Position numbers and translations under genes: made by a program. A DNA stretch of 64,000 nucleotides from the human T2T-CHM13v2.0 reference genome, Homo sapiens. Positions 41,727 through 55,124 of this stretch are shown in pieces. Numbering within the stretch: the stretch's first letter is position 1; every line of letters starts with the position of its first letter. The notes under the pieces are model-generated. The model saw only the letters and a program-made list of their open reading frames with translations. It did no database searches and was not told the DNA's origin. Where the stretch lies: NCBI RefSeq assembly GCF_009914755.1, contig NC_060947.1. One strand, given 5' to 3'.

Positions 41727-42770
41727 AAATTTGTTAACAGATTCATTGAAGTATAATTGATATATACAAATTTAATGTGTATGATTTGATAAGTTTGAGT
41801 ATCTAAAAACACCCATGATGCCATTGCTACAGTTAAGATAATAGAGATACATTACATCTCCCAAAGTTCCCTTGCGTCTCTTTGTTTTTTGTTGGTTTGT
41901 TTGTTCTTTGGTAGAAATGTAGCAGGCCAGGTCTCACTAACAGCTGAACAGGCAGGCCTCCATAACAACTGTTTCAGTACTGACCGAGTGGTGAAGTTAC
42001 ATATTAAAAGCTGAAAGATCCAGCGCCCTTATACAAAGGCTGGAATGTAACAAAAGCCCACCAAGAGTTTTGCCCAGGCCTCTCCTGGATCTTGAAGTGT
42101 GACAAGATAATGAAGGAATTCTTAACAGGACCCTTTTAGGATTAAACAAATTTTTATTGGGGGTCTGAATGAACTCCCCAAACCTCCACGATTTAGCAGG
42201 AGACAAGATAAGGGTAATTACCCCAGGCACCTGAACCCATCTAGATTAAGTCAATTTACTGAGACTCCAGAGGAAGGTCTTCAGGACTCAGACCTTAGTT
42301 CTAGATTAGAAGTTCATCACTAATGTCTTTAGATGAATGCACGCTTACACGTAGACATATCAATTAGAAGGTATAGAAGTTCTGGAAAACTTTGTAATTT
42401 TGAGTTGGTCTGGTGATATTTTCCCAGCCTTCTCCCTGTACTCGATTACAGAAATAAACTCCCTTCTTCCCAGTTCATCTGCATCTCATTATTGGGCAGC
42501 AAGAATAAGCAGCCCGACCCTTGGTTTGGTCCGGGAACAGAAACATTTACCATGCAACTTACACTCAACACATTTCGAAGTGCGTTTCACCATAGTGTTC
42601 ACTATAGGCAAAGTGTTGTACAGCAGACTTCTAGAATTTATGCATTTAGCAGAACTGAAACTTGACACTCATTGAATAACAACTTCCCATTTCTTCCTTC
42701 CCGGGCACCTGGCAACTGCTATTGTATTCTCAGCGTCTATGAGTTTGACTCTTTTAGAAGCCATATTTAA
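41727..42770 (-). mobile_element. L1MA9/L1MB-type 3' end split by an LTR
   Basis: attgaagtataattgat...gtgttgtacagcagacttctagaa...tctatgagtttgact. Confidence 0.8.
41918..42539 (+). mobile_element. ERV1-class solo LTR (same family as 28010-28680)
   Basis: TG...CA ends; TSD GAAA at 41914-41917 and 42540-42543. Confidence 0.9.
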
Positions 42771-43179
42771 AATTCAGTTATGTTTTAACTTCCAAAGCTT
42801 GTCCTTCAACTCACATCCCAGTAAACTTTGCCCAGAAAGCCCAAATCATGTTGAAACATATATTTTCTCTACACACTAATATTTGTTTTAGGTGTGTTTG
42901 AACTCATGTGTATTTTCTAATTGAGGGGTGTAGGTTTCTACTATGTCCATTAGCTTGTGTGCATTATGTGTTTGAGAGCCTTAATATCTTTACTTTTAAA
43001 AATATTATGGATCCAAAATTACAAGAAAAGGTGTGCTAAAATCTGAAAATATGGCTTTGGTTTTTTTCTACATCTCCTCATTAATTTCGCCAATTGCCAC
43101 TTCATATATTTTAATGTCCTTAAGTATGAGACGGTTAAGTCCACAGATCGGATGCGAGAGAATTTTATAAGAAAATACA

Positions 43180-43439
43180 CCCTCACCTCCAGAGGCCATC
43201 CATGGTTTCTTGATACAAGCAAGATTCCAGCAAAACAAACATTGCAATATTATATGTTACACAAAATCTCATTATCATCCATGCCTAATTGTGTGCAACT
43301 TATGACTTTGGCTGTAATCTGTTGCTTGGAATTAGGGTACTAGCTCCAGCCCACATAGGAAGGGAGGAGATTATTCAAGGGCATAATTAGCAGGAGATGG
43401 GCATTCATGTGGAGGTGGGTAATACAGATTCTGACTACA
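43180..43439 (-). mobile_element. Old MLT1 LTR fragment
   Basis: ccagcccacataggaagggaggagattattcaagggcat...ctgactaca. Confidence 0.5.
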
Positions 43440-44780
43440 TAAAGTGCATAATAAGTGTAGCTTCTACAATCATTGTTCAGTTAGCAAGGGACATAAATCA
43501 TTTACTTATGGTGTCAATTTAACAAAAGAATGGCAAATACCGTAGTCTATGCAGATTTTGCTACGGAACAAAGGAGTCGAGAAAGATGAGAGATGGGCAG
43601 TAAATACATGCTTGCAACGAGTAAAACGTAACTTCAGTAACCTCACCATTTTGTCTTTGAATAGACCCACTGAATCTTCTACTTTAGTCATAGATAAGTA
43701 GATTGGCACTACTCTCTTTTGGAATTATCTTATTGCTTTCTCCCTCAACAAAATTCACAGTATTTCTTCTATTTGTTTCTTATTTGCATCTGAGCAATCA
43801 TCAGTCCGCATCTAGTGATTCTGAAACATACATTCTAGTTTTTCAGTGTTTACAATACACATCACAGTGTTATTTATGCTGTGCTGAATTAAAACAGTGG
43901 CAACAACATTGTTTCAATATATATCACAAAAAAAGAATGGTATGAAATAATGATCACAGAAGAGATCGAATCAAAATAGGGTTTAATGACTCAAAAAACT
44001 CAAACAACACATTTGAAAGTTAATTATGATGCTGAAAGCCACCTTCAGGCCTCTTTTCTAAAATCTATGTTTTGCTTTATGATAGAAAAGAAGTCCCTGG
44101 AGGCTGTCTCCACAAAGTAATTATTTCTAAAGGGGAAAAACTCCAGCATCTTGGTGAGATGATTTGAATATCACACACATGCCTTTACTCTGAATTTTCC
44201 CTTCCTTGGATATTTTTATAACATAATATGAAATAAACATGGATTTATCAGAATGGTGGAAAACATTAGACCTAGATTTATAAAAATTAGGTTGATGATA
44301 GTTTTGCAGAATTATCAGAAGAGGGAATAAAATTATTTTTCCAGGGGCCACCAAGGTGTATCTGTAAAAAGCTGCTCTCTCTCTAACTGGCTACCCATGA
44401 CGTAATGTGACCAAGAAGTTTACGCTGACTATCTACATATGTCTGAAATTATATATGGGAGGGTGAGAGAAAGAAGAAATTATATGCTTTGAAGAACTGG
44501 AGATCTGATCAAGAGTCAACAATTCTCCCAAGGCTAGAGTTCCACGATTAATTGTGGAGTAGAGTTTGAGAAAGGACTTTGCCAGCTGCTCATCTTCCTT
44601 TTCAAGGTGGTAGGAGCTGTGTGATGCAACAGGTGCCACCATTGAGCAAGATTTCCTAGGATGGTCTCTAGATTTATAGCATTCTCTTCCATGGTCAGCC
44701 CAGGTATGAGGTGTTTTGTCTAAAAGTTTATTCACAAACTATAGTTTTTTCACCAAAGCAGCTCTCAAACCAAATCATCT

Positions 44781-45804
44781 TAATGCAGGATTTTTCTTGG
44801 TCAAACTGCAGGCTGGAGACTTCTAGCTGACAATGCCCCTCACGAGCCTCGCTTGAATCCAGGTCTGCCTTAGGAGATGCCTTGACTACTCCGGCGTGGG
44901 TCCCACAGCCACTAAGACTGCGCACTCAGCCCCAGTGGGAGGTGTGTGAGCAAGCAAGTGCAGGGTCTGGTCCACTGCTCCAAACGCCAGCACAGAGGTG
45001 GGCTCCAGGTGAGTCTCCCTGAGGGGAACACGGTGACACCCGGGCAGGGTTGCCCGTGACCCGGAAGCCCCGGTGTGGGGCGGGGGGGCTGGTGTATTAC
45101 AGTGCTCTAATTAGTTCTTTTAGTCTCGCTGTCTACAGCCTGATGGACAGTAGTGTGTTAAGAGCTTGGTCAGCCCCTCGCCCTGCTCCGGCCCATGACT
45201 CCAAGGCTAGTTTGGTCCCCCTGCTGCTTCCGTTGCATAGGGCGGCTACCCTCCCCTGGTGGAGGGCAGAGGGCCACACTGTTACAGCCTTCTTCCTGCC
45301 CATGTTCAGCTGGGTCCTGCGTTCTTGTCCTGCATCTGAGAAGAATGTGGATACGCTGACAATTGAAGAGCGAGCAACTCAGAGCATTTTATTGAGTGAC
45401 GAAACAGCTTTCAGCGGACCAGAAGCAGGAGATCCGAGGGTGGTCCCCCTAACTGAAGGCAGGAAAGTCCTCTCCCACCCAAAGATGGGAGGTTTTCCCA
45501 GCGTGGCTTAGTCCAGGGCTTTTATGGGCTCAGAATCGGGGGTATGTGCTGATTGGTTTGTGAGTATGCAAAAAAGGCAACAGTGTAAAAACCAATTAGG
45601 GTAGGGCAGGTATAGGTGAAAACTGGGGGTTCATCAGAGGAAAGCACGCCAAACGGGAAAAGAGGTTCTCAATCTAGTCTGTGGATTTACTGAGACTCAT
45701 AGCTTTGGCTTTCAGGCTTTAAACTGTCTTTGGTTTGAAGGTGGGGTTTCACCAGGGATCCTCCCCTGTCTGCCTAGAGATTTGTCTGCCTTCTGCTACC
45801 ATCA
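44781..45804 (-). mobile_element. MER52-type ERV1 solo LTR
   Basis: Reverse complement starts tgatggtagcagaaggcagacaaatctctaggcagacagggg...gaaaccccaccttcaaacc. Confidence 0.85.
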
Positions 45805-46307
45805 GTTTTACCCATCCCCGACATGGGTGCCTCAAATCTCTGCCGTCTGTATGATTAGAAATCCAGGTAGGAGTTACATATTTCCTTGCTTCACTAGGAG
45901 AAAGATCAGTTATTTTATGAACCCTCAAAGAACTTCAAGGAGTAAGAACAAACATAAATATATTTATATAAACATATTTAGGTTAAATGAAACCTTACTC
46001 TTTATTAAATGTTTACATAAATATACTTATGTTTGTTCCTACTCTTTCGAGGGAGGAGGGTGTGTAGAGGGTGGGTGAAGTCTGAAGTTCTGTGAGTCTG
46101 AAAAGAAAGTACAAGGAAATCTGCAAGAGGAAATTGAATGGTGAAATTAAAATGGACCTTGGGAAAATTAATAAAAAGCAGAATTAAACAAAGGGGGTTA
46201 TCATTGAGGAGGTATGTGTTTATTATTTGGAATTACACATTGCTTTGTTTAACTACAGCTTTGGTGAATACAAATAGCAACAAATTTTATATTATCAAGT
46301 ACGATAT

Positions 46308-47026
46308 TGAAGCAGGATATTTCCCTGACCCTTACACGGGTGGAAACTGGAGTACATGGGCACTGGCGGGGGCGAATTCCACTCACTCGACCTGCTGTGC
46401 TGCACCCCTCACCCATGACTTCTGAAGCCCCAGAGGAAGTTAACACTTTTAACAGTGCTCTTTTGTAGCTTTGCCATCCGTGGATGGCTTAAGTGTTAAC
46501 AGCTCACTGGAGGATCGGTGTGACAGCCTTTTGCACTTACACTCTTGGCATCTGAGTTCCTGTCCTGAGTCCAGGAGGAATGAGGTCACACGAATGAATT
46601 GAAGGTGGTGAATGCGGGGATTTTATTGCCAATGAAAGTGGCTCTCAGCAGGAAGGGGAATTGAAAAGGGGATGGAGTGGGAAGGTAATCTTCCCCTGGG
46701 GACAGCTGGACTCCTCTCCGAAGCTACATTGTCAAGCAGTCCCTCCGAAGTCAAGCCACATCTCTCCAATGTCCAACCATAGTCTCTGATGTCCAGCTGC
46801 TTCTCCTCTTCTCCTCTCTCTGCTTGCTGAGCCTGGGATCCTTATGAGCACAGGAGCAGGGCAGGGTGAGCATGGGTGGTTTTGGAAAAAACAAGATTCG
46901 AGTGGGAAAACAAGGATGTCAGTTCTACTTTGGGCTGTGGTATTAGGCTTTTCAGCTTGAGGGTGAGGCCCTCACTGGGGACCCACCCTCTTCTGCCCAG
47001 AATTTCTCTGTCTCCTGTCCCTACCA
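46308..47026 (-). mobile_element. LTR28/LTR27-like (LTR1/MER52 group) solo LTR
   Basis: Reverse complement starts tggtagggacaggagacagagaaattctgggcagaagagg; TSD ATAT on both sides. Confidence 0.85.
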
Positions 47027-47142
47027 ATATTTCTTATGTAGTCAATTACTCCATCTCTTTCACATGATGTGAGCATAGTAAGGCCAGTGACCAATGTGGG
47101 CACATTTATATATCTATGAAATTTATATATCTATGAAATGAC

Positions 47143-47168
47143 ATATATATATATATATATATATATAT
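47143..47168. repeat. (AT)n microsatellite
   Basis: Perfect dinucleotide run. Confidence 0.95.
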
Positions 47169-47689
47169 CATTTCAATAGGTTATGTTCATAATGAGGCAC
47201 CAACTAGAAACATCATTGCAACATTGTACTTGCAGGAATTTGGAGATGTCCCAAGTGGTAAATTCTGTGGAAAGAGTCCCACAGATGCATAGCATATTTC
47301 TGCTCTCTGATGATCTACAGCTATTTAGACAACGTAGATATACAGGTTCAGATATGACATGTCCTCAAGATATTCTGTTTGGTGGGAAAGTAAGTTTCAG
47401 GGCAATAACTACAGTGAGTGTAACAGGACAGGATTATGAAAATGAGGTTGAAAGAGGACTTTTTGCTTTCCTTGCTTTAATTTCTTATCAGCAGGATATT
47501 GTTTGATATTGGTTTTAACTATACGAGCATGCTGGGGAACTGAATGGCAGTGTGAAATAGTGCCCAGGTTTTGAGAGTAGCTCTTGGGCAGCACAGGAAC
47601 CGAGAACACAAGAATCATAGTACCCCAAAGTCAGCTGGGATCTGCATAGTGTGTGTAAATGGCATAGCTACCTGTTAAAATACACTGAA

Positions 47690-47911
47690 ACCTTGACTTC
47701 CTGGTCTCAAGTAATCCTCCCACTTCAGCATCCCAAGTAGCTGGGATTATAGGCGTGCACCTCCCAGCCTGGCTAATCTTTTTTTTTTTTTTTGAGAGAT
47801 GGGCTCTCATTATATTGTCCAGGCTGGTCTTGAACTCCTGAGCTCAAGCGATCCTTCCACCTCAGCCTCCCAAAGAACTTGGATTAGAGGTGTGAGCCAC
47901 AGTGCCTGGCC
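47690..47911 (-). mobile_element. Partial AluJ
   Basis: Left arm plus part of the right arm. Confidence 0.85.
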
Positions 47912-47975
47912 TAATTGAAGCATTAAGATCATTTACTTTCCATTTTATTATTGGTACTAGGATTAACATGTAACA

Positions 47976-48668
<693 letters not shown>

Positions 48669-48679
48669 TTCATCAATTA

Positions 48680-49660
48680 CCTTTTAAATCGAGTTTTTAG
48701 AAAACACACATTCCTTTTATATCTTACTGTCTTATGTGTCATCCCTGGAGTTTTTGATTCAATTGTGTAAATCTACATTTCTATCTGTTAAAATTATCCT
48801 GTTGCTTAAATGACTTTCTTTGACATTTCTTGTTGTACTGGTCTGTGGGTGTTTACTTTTTCAGTTTTTGTGTATTTTTTAAAGTTTTTATTTCAATTTT
48901 AGTTTTGAGTGATATTTTTAATCAGTTTAGTATTCTAGGCTATTATTCTCTTGTGTTTCTTTAAGATTTCCTCTGAAAATTGTCTCATGTCTTGCATTTT
49001 ATATGATGAGAACATTGTGGTTATCTGTATTCCTCTGTAGACAATTTTTAAGCTAACACTTTTTAAAAATTTCTCCTTATTACTAGTTTATAGTACTTTG
49101 ATTTTTATTATGATATGACTTGCTTTTGTGTTAAAATTTTTTTTCTGTTTCATATTCATTGGAACTCTATGGATCTGTGAGTTTATGAGCTGCACTAAAT
49201 TTAGAAAATTTTTGGCATTATTTCTTTAAATATGTTTTTTCCCACCATTTCTGATTCCAGTTATCTGTGTAATATTTTGGTTAAGGTTGTCGCACAGTTC
49301 CCTGGATCTCTGTCCTCTTTTTTATTCATCATTTTAATCTTGATGTTTTATTTGGATAATTTCATTGGCTGAGTTTTCAATTTCACTAATCTTTTATTTT
49401 CTGTGTCTAATATGCTATTAATCTCACCTAATATAATCTTTATCTCAGACATTACATCTTCTAACTCTAGAAGCCTAATTTAATTTTTACAGTTTTCTGG
49501 GCTCTTTTTATGATGTTGATAATTTGGGCCACTTTCTTCATCATGGAAATTTATAATGGATTGCTTAATACTCTTTTCTACTAATTCTACTATCTATGTC
49601 ATTTTTTGGTCTGCTTCTATTTATTGAACTCATTTATCTCAACGTGATTGACTATACATA
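48680..49660 (-). mobile_element. Old L1ME fragment
   Basis: T-rich antisense L1 text (aaatttagaaaatttttggcattatttctttaaata). Confidence 0.7.
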
Positions 49661-49708
49661 CTACTAATGTTTGATTAGGTACACCCTTTGCAAACTCTAC
49701 CTTTTTGG

Positions 49709-49926
49709 GAAAGGGGTCATCATAAAGGTCTTCATCCTTGTCATCTTCACATTGAGTAGGCTGAGGAGGAGGAAGGGTTGGCCTTGGGGTGGCAGAGGCG
49801 GAAGAGAAGCAGAGGGTGGAAGAGGAGGCAAGAGAGGCAGACATACTTGGTCTAAATTTTATTTTTAAAAATCTGAGTATAAGTAGGCCCATATGATTTA
49901 AATATGTGTTGATCAAGGGTCTATTG
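49709..49926 (-). mobile_element. Tigger2a fragment
   Basis: tcatcataaaggtcttcatcc...ttgagtaggctgagg; homologous to 2876-3322. Confidence 0.85.
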
Positions 49927-50070
49927 ATCTGTTTAGTAGTAGACAGAGAAAAGAACATTTCCTACACGTTATAAAGGAAAGTGCCTACTTTAACTCCCAA
50001 CCGTTGAAAACAGAAAGACCACCTAACAGACAGGACACGAACACAGAATATATTCAAGAGTATTACTTCA

Positions 50071-50382
50071 GGCGGGGCATGGTGGCTTATGCCTGTAATT
50101 CCAGCTCTTTGGGATGCTGAGGTAGGAGGATCACTTGAGACCAGGGGTTCAAGGTCAGCTTGGGAAACATAATAAGACCCAGTCTTTACCAAAATAAAAA
50201 TAAAAATATCAGGCTGGGCATGATGGTGCATGCATGTAGTCTCAGCTACTTGGGAGGCTGAGGCAGGAGGATTGCTAGAGCCCAAGAGTTTGAGGCTGCC
50301 ATAAGCATTGATTTGTGCTACTGCAATCTAGCCTGGGCAGCAAAGACCTTGTCTCTTAAAAAAAATAAAATAAATAAAATAA
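50071..50382 (+). mobile_element. AluJ SINE
   Basis: Dimer with (TAAAA)n tail. Confidence 0.9.
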
Positions 50383-50569
50383 AGTAGAGTATTGTTTCAG
50401 TAGTTTGGTCCTAGACTAAAGGTTTTTCTGGTCTCACCCAACAGTGTTAAAAAGCAAGTTGCTATGAAATTGTCAGTTTGGTGGGAATGATTTCACATGG
50501 GCATATAATAAAGGAAAGATGGCATGGTTGTTTTACAATTATGAATCTATAAATATTGTCACTTGTACG

Positions 50570-50869
50570 TTGGGCGTGGTGGCTCATGCTTGTAATCTCA
50601 GCACTTTGGGAGGCCAAGGCACGGGGGATCACTTAAGGTCAGGAGTTTAATACCAGCCTGGCCAACATGGTGAAATACCGTCTCTACCAAAAAATACAAA
50701 AATTACCCGAGTGCGGTGGCACATACCTGTAGTCCCAGCTACTCAGGAGGCTGAGGTGGGAGAATCACTTGAACCCAGGAGGCAGAGGTTGCAGTGAGCC
50801 AAGATCGGACCACTGCACTCCAGCGTGGGCAACAGAGTGAGACCCTGTCTCAAAAAAAAAAAAAAAAAG
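50570..50869 (+). mobile_element. AluS SINE
   Basis: Full dimer with poly-A; attg(t/c)cacttgt flanks. Confidence 0.93.
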
Positions 50870-50983
50870 ATTGCCACTTGTGTTACTTGCAGATAAGACA
50901 TGAATCTGAATTAAAGAAAAAACACATGCAAACACATGCAAGCATGTGCACACACTCAAGTACAGATATACGGATATACATAT

Positions 50984-51303
50984 ATAGTCAGTGCTTTCCA
51001 TCCGTTGCTTCCACATCCAAGAATTCAATGGAGGATCAAACATATTTGGGAAAAATAAATAAACAATAAAAAATAACAATATAATAAAAATATAAATCAC
51101 AAAACAATGCAGTATATAACATAGCATTTATATTTTATTAAGTATTATAAATCATCTAGAGAGGATTTAAAGTATGGGAAAGCATGCGCGTAGGTTATGT
51201 GTAACTAAGATGCCATTTTATATCAGGTCCTTGAGCAACCATGAATTTTGGTTATCGGTAGGAGTCCTGGAACCAATTCTCCATAAATACCAAGGAATGA
51301 CTG
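50984..51303 (+). mobile_element. MER2-type (TcMar-Tigger) DNA transposon
   Basis: ctagagaggatttaaagta...gtcctggaaccaattctcca...gactgta; orientation relative to consensus tentative. Confidence 0.8.
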
Positions 51304-51524
51304 TATAATGTATACCAGTTTATCCACTTTCTCAAAACAACAAAGAATACAAAGTGTGGGTTTTTCTTCTGACTGCTAAGACAATATGTTTATTGTGGAA
51401 AACTTGAAATATATTGGAGAAATATATATTTAATAAAAAAATCAGAAAAAAACAGTATTCTAACACAACTATTTTTCTGAATAAAGATCACAACTTGGGT
51501 CAATATTTTGTTAAATAACCTTTT

Positions 51525-51642
51525 CTTTTCTTATAGAAATGGTGTCTTACCATGTTGCCTAGGCTGGTCTTCAACTCCTGAGCTCAAGTGATTTCCCCAC
51601 CTCGGCCTCCCAAAGTGTTGTCATGAGCTGCTGCATCCGGCC
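51525..51642 (-). mobile_element. Alu left-arm monomer (FLAM/AluJ)
   Basis: ggctggtcttcaactcctgagctcaagtg...cctcccaaagtg. Confidence 0.85.
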
Positions 51643-51751
51643 AATAGTTTTGATTGAAATATGCTCATCATCTTATGTGAAGCCACGGTTTCTGATTAAA
51701 TACTAAAGTAGATATTTTGTTATTATTTTGTGTTTTTATCTTTGAAAATAG

Positions 51752-52093
51752 TGTCATGGATGCACTGGCTGGGGCCAGCATCGCTGGCGGTAAAAGAATT
51801 TACTAAGACAGTTGTGGATAAAGAAGGCAGATATATTCGAGAAAGCATGAAAATATGTTGCAAGAAAGCTGTCTGCAAAGAGGCAGAGGCTAGAGGGAAG
51901 TTTTATAGAGTTGTGCTGGAGGGGACTCTGTGCAGAACAAGTTTGTGTCCCTGGGGCTACGTGCAGAGAGAGGCATTTGGGAGCAGGATGTTGTGCCAGA
52001 GGTTTGTCTGTGATTAGAGTCTCTCACAATTGTTCTCCCCCGACCTGGGCCCCCTTCCTCATTGTTGCTTACTTATCTTATTAAAACTCCACA
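51752..52093 (-). mobile_element. LTR47-like ERVL solo LTR
   Basis: Reverse complement tgtggag...agtaagcaacaatgaggaagggg; 5-bp near-TSD aatag/aacag. Confidence 0.7.
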
Positions 52094-53649
52094 AACAGCA
52101 TTTTAAGTTAGACTCCACGGAGGTCCATAAAACATACACAAGCAAGGAAAATAAAATGAAATTTATTCTAAAAGCGAAGCAAAATTAATGTTTAAACATT
52201 TATACAGAGATGGTACTTTGCATTTTCTGCGGAAAATAGATAAATGTGGGTCAGAACTATTCAGAATTCAGAAAGTTTAGTTTGATTAATGTTGACTCCT
52301 TATGTCTTTTTCTTTTTATCCCTAAGGAAAAATGTATGGGCGAGCTATGTCCTTGAAAATCTCTGACATTTCATCTGTATTCTGTTAACTAAAACTTCAA
52401 GATCTGCTTCCAAAATTTAAAACCTGTCAACAAGGTTATGATTGTAGAAAATAGAAAATACTTTTCAAAATATGTTACTATGCATACATGTGTTGTCAGT
52501 GTATTATATAGGTGGATAGCCACCTTTGAGGTACATGTTTTAGTAAGAATATATATTTTTAAATCAACAAAAATTTAAATAAATTAGTTTAAACTCTCAT
52601 AAAAAAGAAAGATTTGCCTAAAATCAAAGGGAAAAAGAAAGCTAAACTAAATTTAATTTGTCTTGAAATAAATTGTCTGCCATACATGTTTCTTATTTTG
52701 GTCTACCTGTAAGCCTTAAAGGAAGATAAAATGTTGAATGGATTCAAATCCCTCCTGACTCAAACAGTTTAAGAGATACACTAACAGATATCCTTTAAAT
52801 ATGACAATTGTAGTTGTCATGTGGTTGCTGGCTGCATCCCAATGAAGCCAAGACTCATTGAAGGTCAAAATTAAAGCACAATTCAAGATTGAGCTTAGCG
52901 GATGGTTAGAGGTAAATGTCTTACATTCTTGTCTGCATTTCATAAAATAACTTGGACTATCCAGACAATGTAGAGAAAAAAGCAGACTTCTCAGGGCAAT
53001 TTGAGTAACATATGATGCTTCTATTTTTGGAGATGATATGTAGATTAGATAGAGATATAGACGTAGTCATGGGCCATATAACGAGGTTTCAGTCAATGGT
53101 CAACTGCATATAGGATGGTGGTCCCATGACATTATAATGGAGCTGAAAAAGTCCCTTTGCCTAATGACATTGTAGCCATCTTAACATTGTAGTGAAACAC
53201 ATGAGTCTTGTGTGTGTAGTGCAGACAAATCTATCCCTCAAGAAGAGCCTCAGGCAGGTGCTCCAGGAGGTATCCAGAAGAAGGCATCATTATCACGGGA
53301 GAGGACAGCTCCATGCATGTTATCGCCCCTGAATACCTTCCAGTGGGACAAGATGTGGAGGTGGAAGATGGTGATATTGATAACCCTCACCCTGTGTGTC
53401 TAGCTAGGCTAATGTGTGTGTTCGTGTCTTAGTTTTTTAAAAAAGGTTGGAAAAGAAAATATAGTAATAATAATAAATTTTGAAAATAGAAAAAGTCTTA
53501 TAGAATAAGGATATAAAGAATGTATTGTTGTACAGCTGCGCAATGTGTTTGGGTCTTAAACTAAGTGTTATGATGGGACTCAAAAAGATTTTTTAAAAAT
53601 TAAAAAGTTTAAAGTAAAAAATAGTTGCAGTAAACTAATGTTAAGTTAG

Positions 53650-54747
53650 GGAAACCACCATTGCAAACTATAACTGAGAATTATTACAGTGACGGAGATC
53701 TGAACTAACCAACTCCATTTTGCTTCTAACCACCAAGCTGTCCTTGTTCATTCCTGAGCATAAGCCAAACTTAATTTACAGTTTAACTTTAAAACAAAGG
53801 CAATAACAGCCCTGTCCCAAAACAAACTCCTTCCTGCCTGGAGACTGGACTGCCTTTGTAGGATTAACAAATTAGCCACAATATTAGAAATTATGATTTA
53901 GGAGTCATGCAGCTGGAGGCTTAAGATTGCGACACTCCCCAAATTGCTCCCGGGGATCACATTACTATTTAAAACCAAAGCTCGGTGCTTGAGATGATTT
54001 GCAGACCGTGCGCTCAGTGAATCAGCTGGCACGGCTCAGGTCGATAAACTGGCTCCTCTGATCTTGTGGCCCCTACCCAAGAACTGACTTAGTGCGAGAG
54101 GACAGCTTTGACTCCCTGTGATTTCATCTCCAACCCAAACAATCAGCACTCCTGACCTCCTGGCCCTTCACTCACCAAATTATCCTTAAAAACTCTGATC
54201 CCTGAATTCTTGGGAAGACTGATTTGAATAATAATAAAACTCCAGTCTCCCATTGATATGGTCTGGCTCTGTGTCCCCAGCCAAATTTCATCTTGAATTG
54301 TAGTCTGAATTCTAATCCCCACATGTTGGGGAAGGGACCTTATGGAGGGTGATTAGATCATGGGGGCACTTGCCCAATGCTGTTCTCGTGATAGTGAGTG
54401 AGTTCTCATGAGATGTGATGGTTTTATAAGGGGCTTTTCCCCTCTTTGCTCTGCATTCTCACTCTCTCCTGCCGGCCAGTGAAGAAGGTGCCTGCTTCTC
54501 TATCCCCTTCCACCATGATTGTGAGTTTCCTGAGGCATCCCCAGCCATGCAGAACTGTGAGTCAATTAAGCTTCTTTCCTTTATAAATTACCCAGTCTCA
54601 GGTCTTTCTTCATAGCAGTGTGAAAACGAACTATTACACCCATACAGCCAGCTCTGTGTGAGTAACTCTTTCTCTATGCCATTCCCTTGTCTTGATAAAT
54701 TGGCTCTGTCTAGTCAGTGGGCAAGGTGAACCTGATGGGCAGTTAAA
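53650..54747 (+). mobile_element. LTR8-type ERV1 solo LTR
   Basis: gaaaccaccattgcaaactataactgag start; TSD TTAG at 53646-53649 and 54748-54751. Confidence 0.88.
54254..54638 (+). mobile_element. THE1D/MSTA-type MaLR solo LTR
   Basis: tgatatggtctggctctgtgtcccc start; TSD CCCAT at 54249-54253 and 54639-54643. Confidence 0.92.
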
Positions 54748-55124
54748 TTAGTACTGAAGAAAGAAAAAATGTATAAATTTAGTGTAGCTTCATTGTACAG
54801 TGTTTGTAAAGTCTACACTAGTGTACAGGAATGTCCTAGGCCTTCACATTCACTCACCACTTATTCACTGACTCACCCAGAGCAACTTCCAGTCCTGCAA
54901 GCTCCATTCATAGTAAGTGCCCTATACAGGGGTACCATTTTTCATCTTTTATGTTGAATTTTTGCTGTACCTTTTCTATGTTTAGCTATGCTTACATACA
55001 CAAATACTTACCATTCTGTTACAGCCACCTACGGTATTCAGTATGGTAACTGGTTTGTAATCCAGGAGCACTAGGCTAGACCCTCTACACAAGGTGTGTG
55101 GTAGGCTACACCATCTAGGTTTGT

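Larger units (their letters stand above)
53064..55124 (+). mobile_element. Tigger3b-type DNA transposon split by LTR8; right end lost into the TA tract
   Basis: agtcatgggccatataacg...ggtggtcccat start; cactcaccact...acccagagcaacttccagtcc; ends ccatctaggtttgt. Confidence 0.9.

Noticed and set aside
28010-42539. Paired LTRs as one 14-kb provirus
   Set aside because: Each has its own distinct TSD
45050-45511. 153-aa ORF
   Set aside because: Antisense reading inside a GC-rich MER52 LTR
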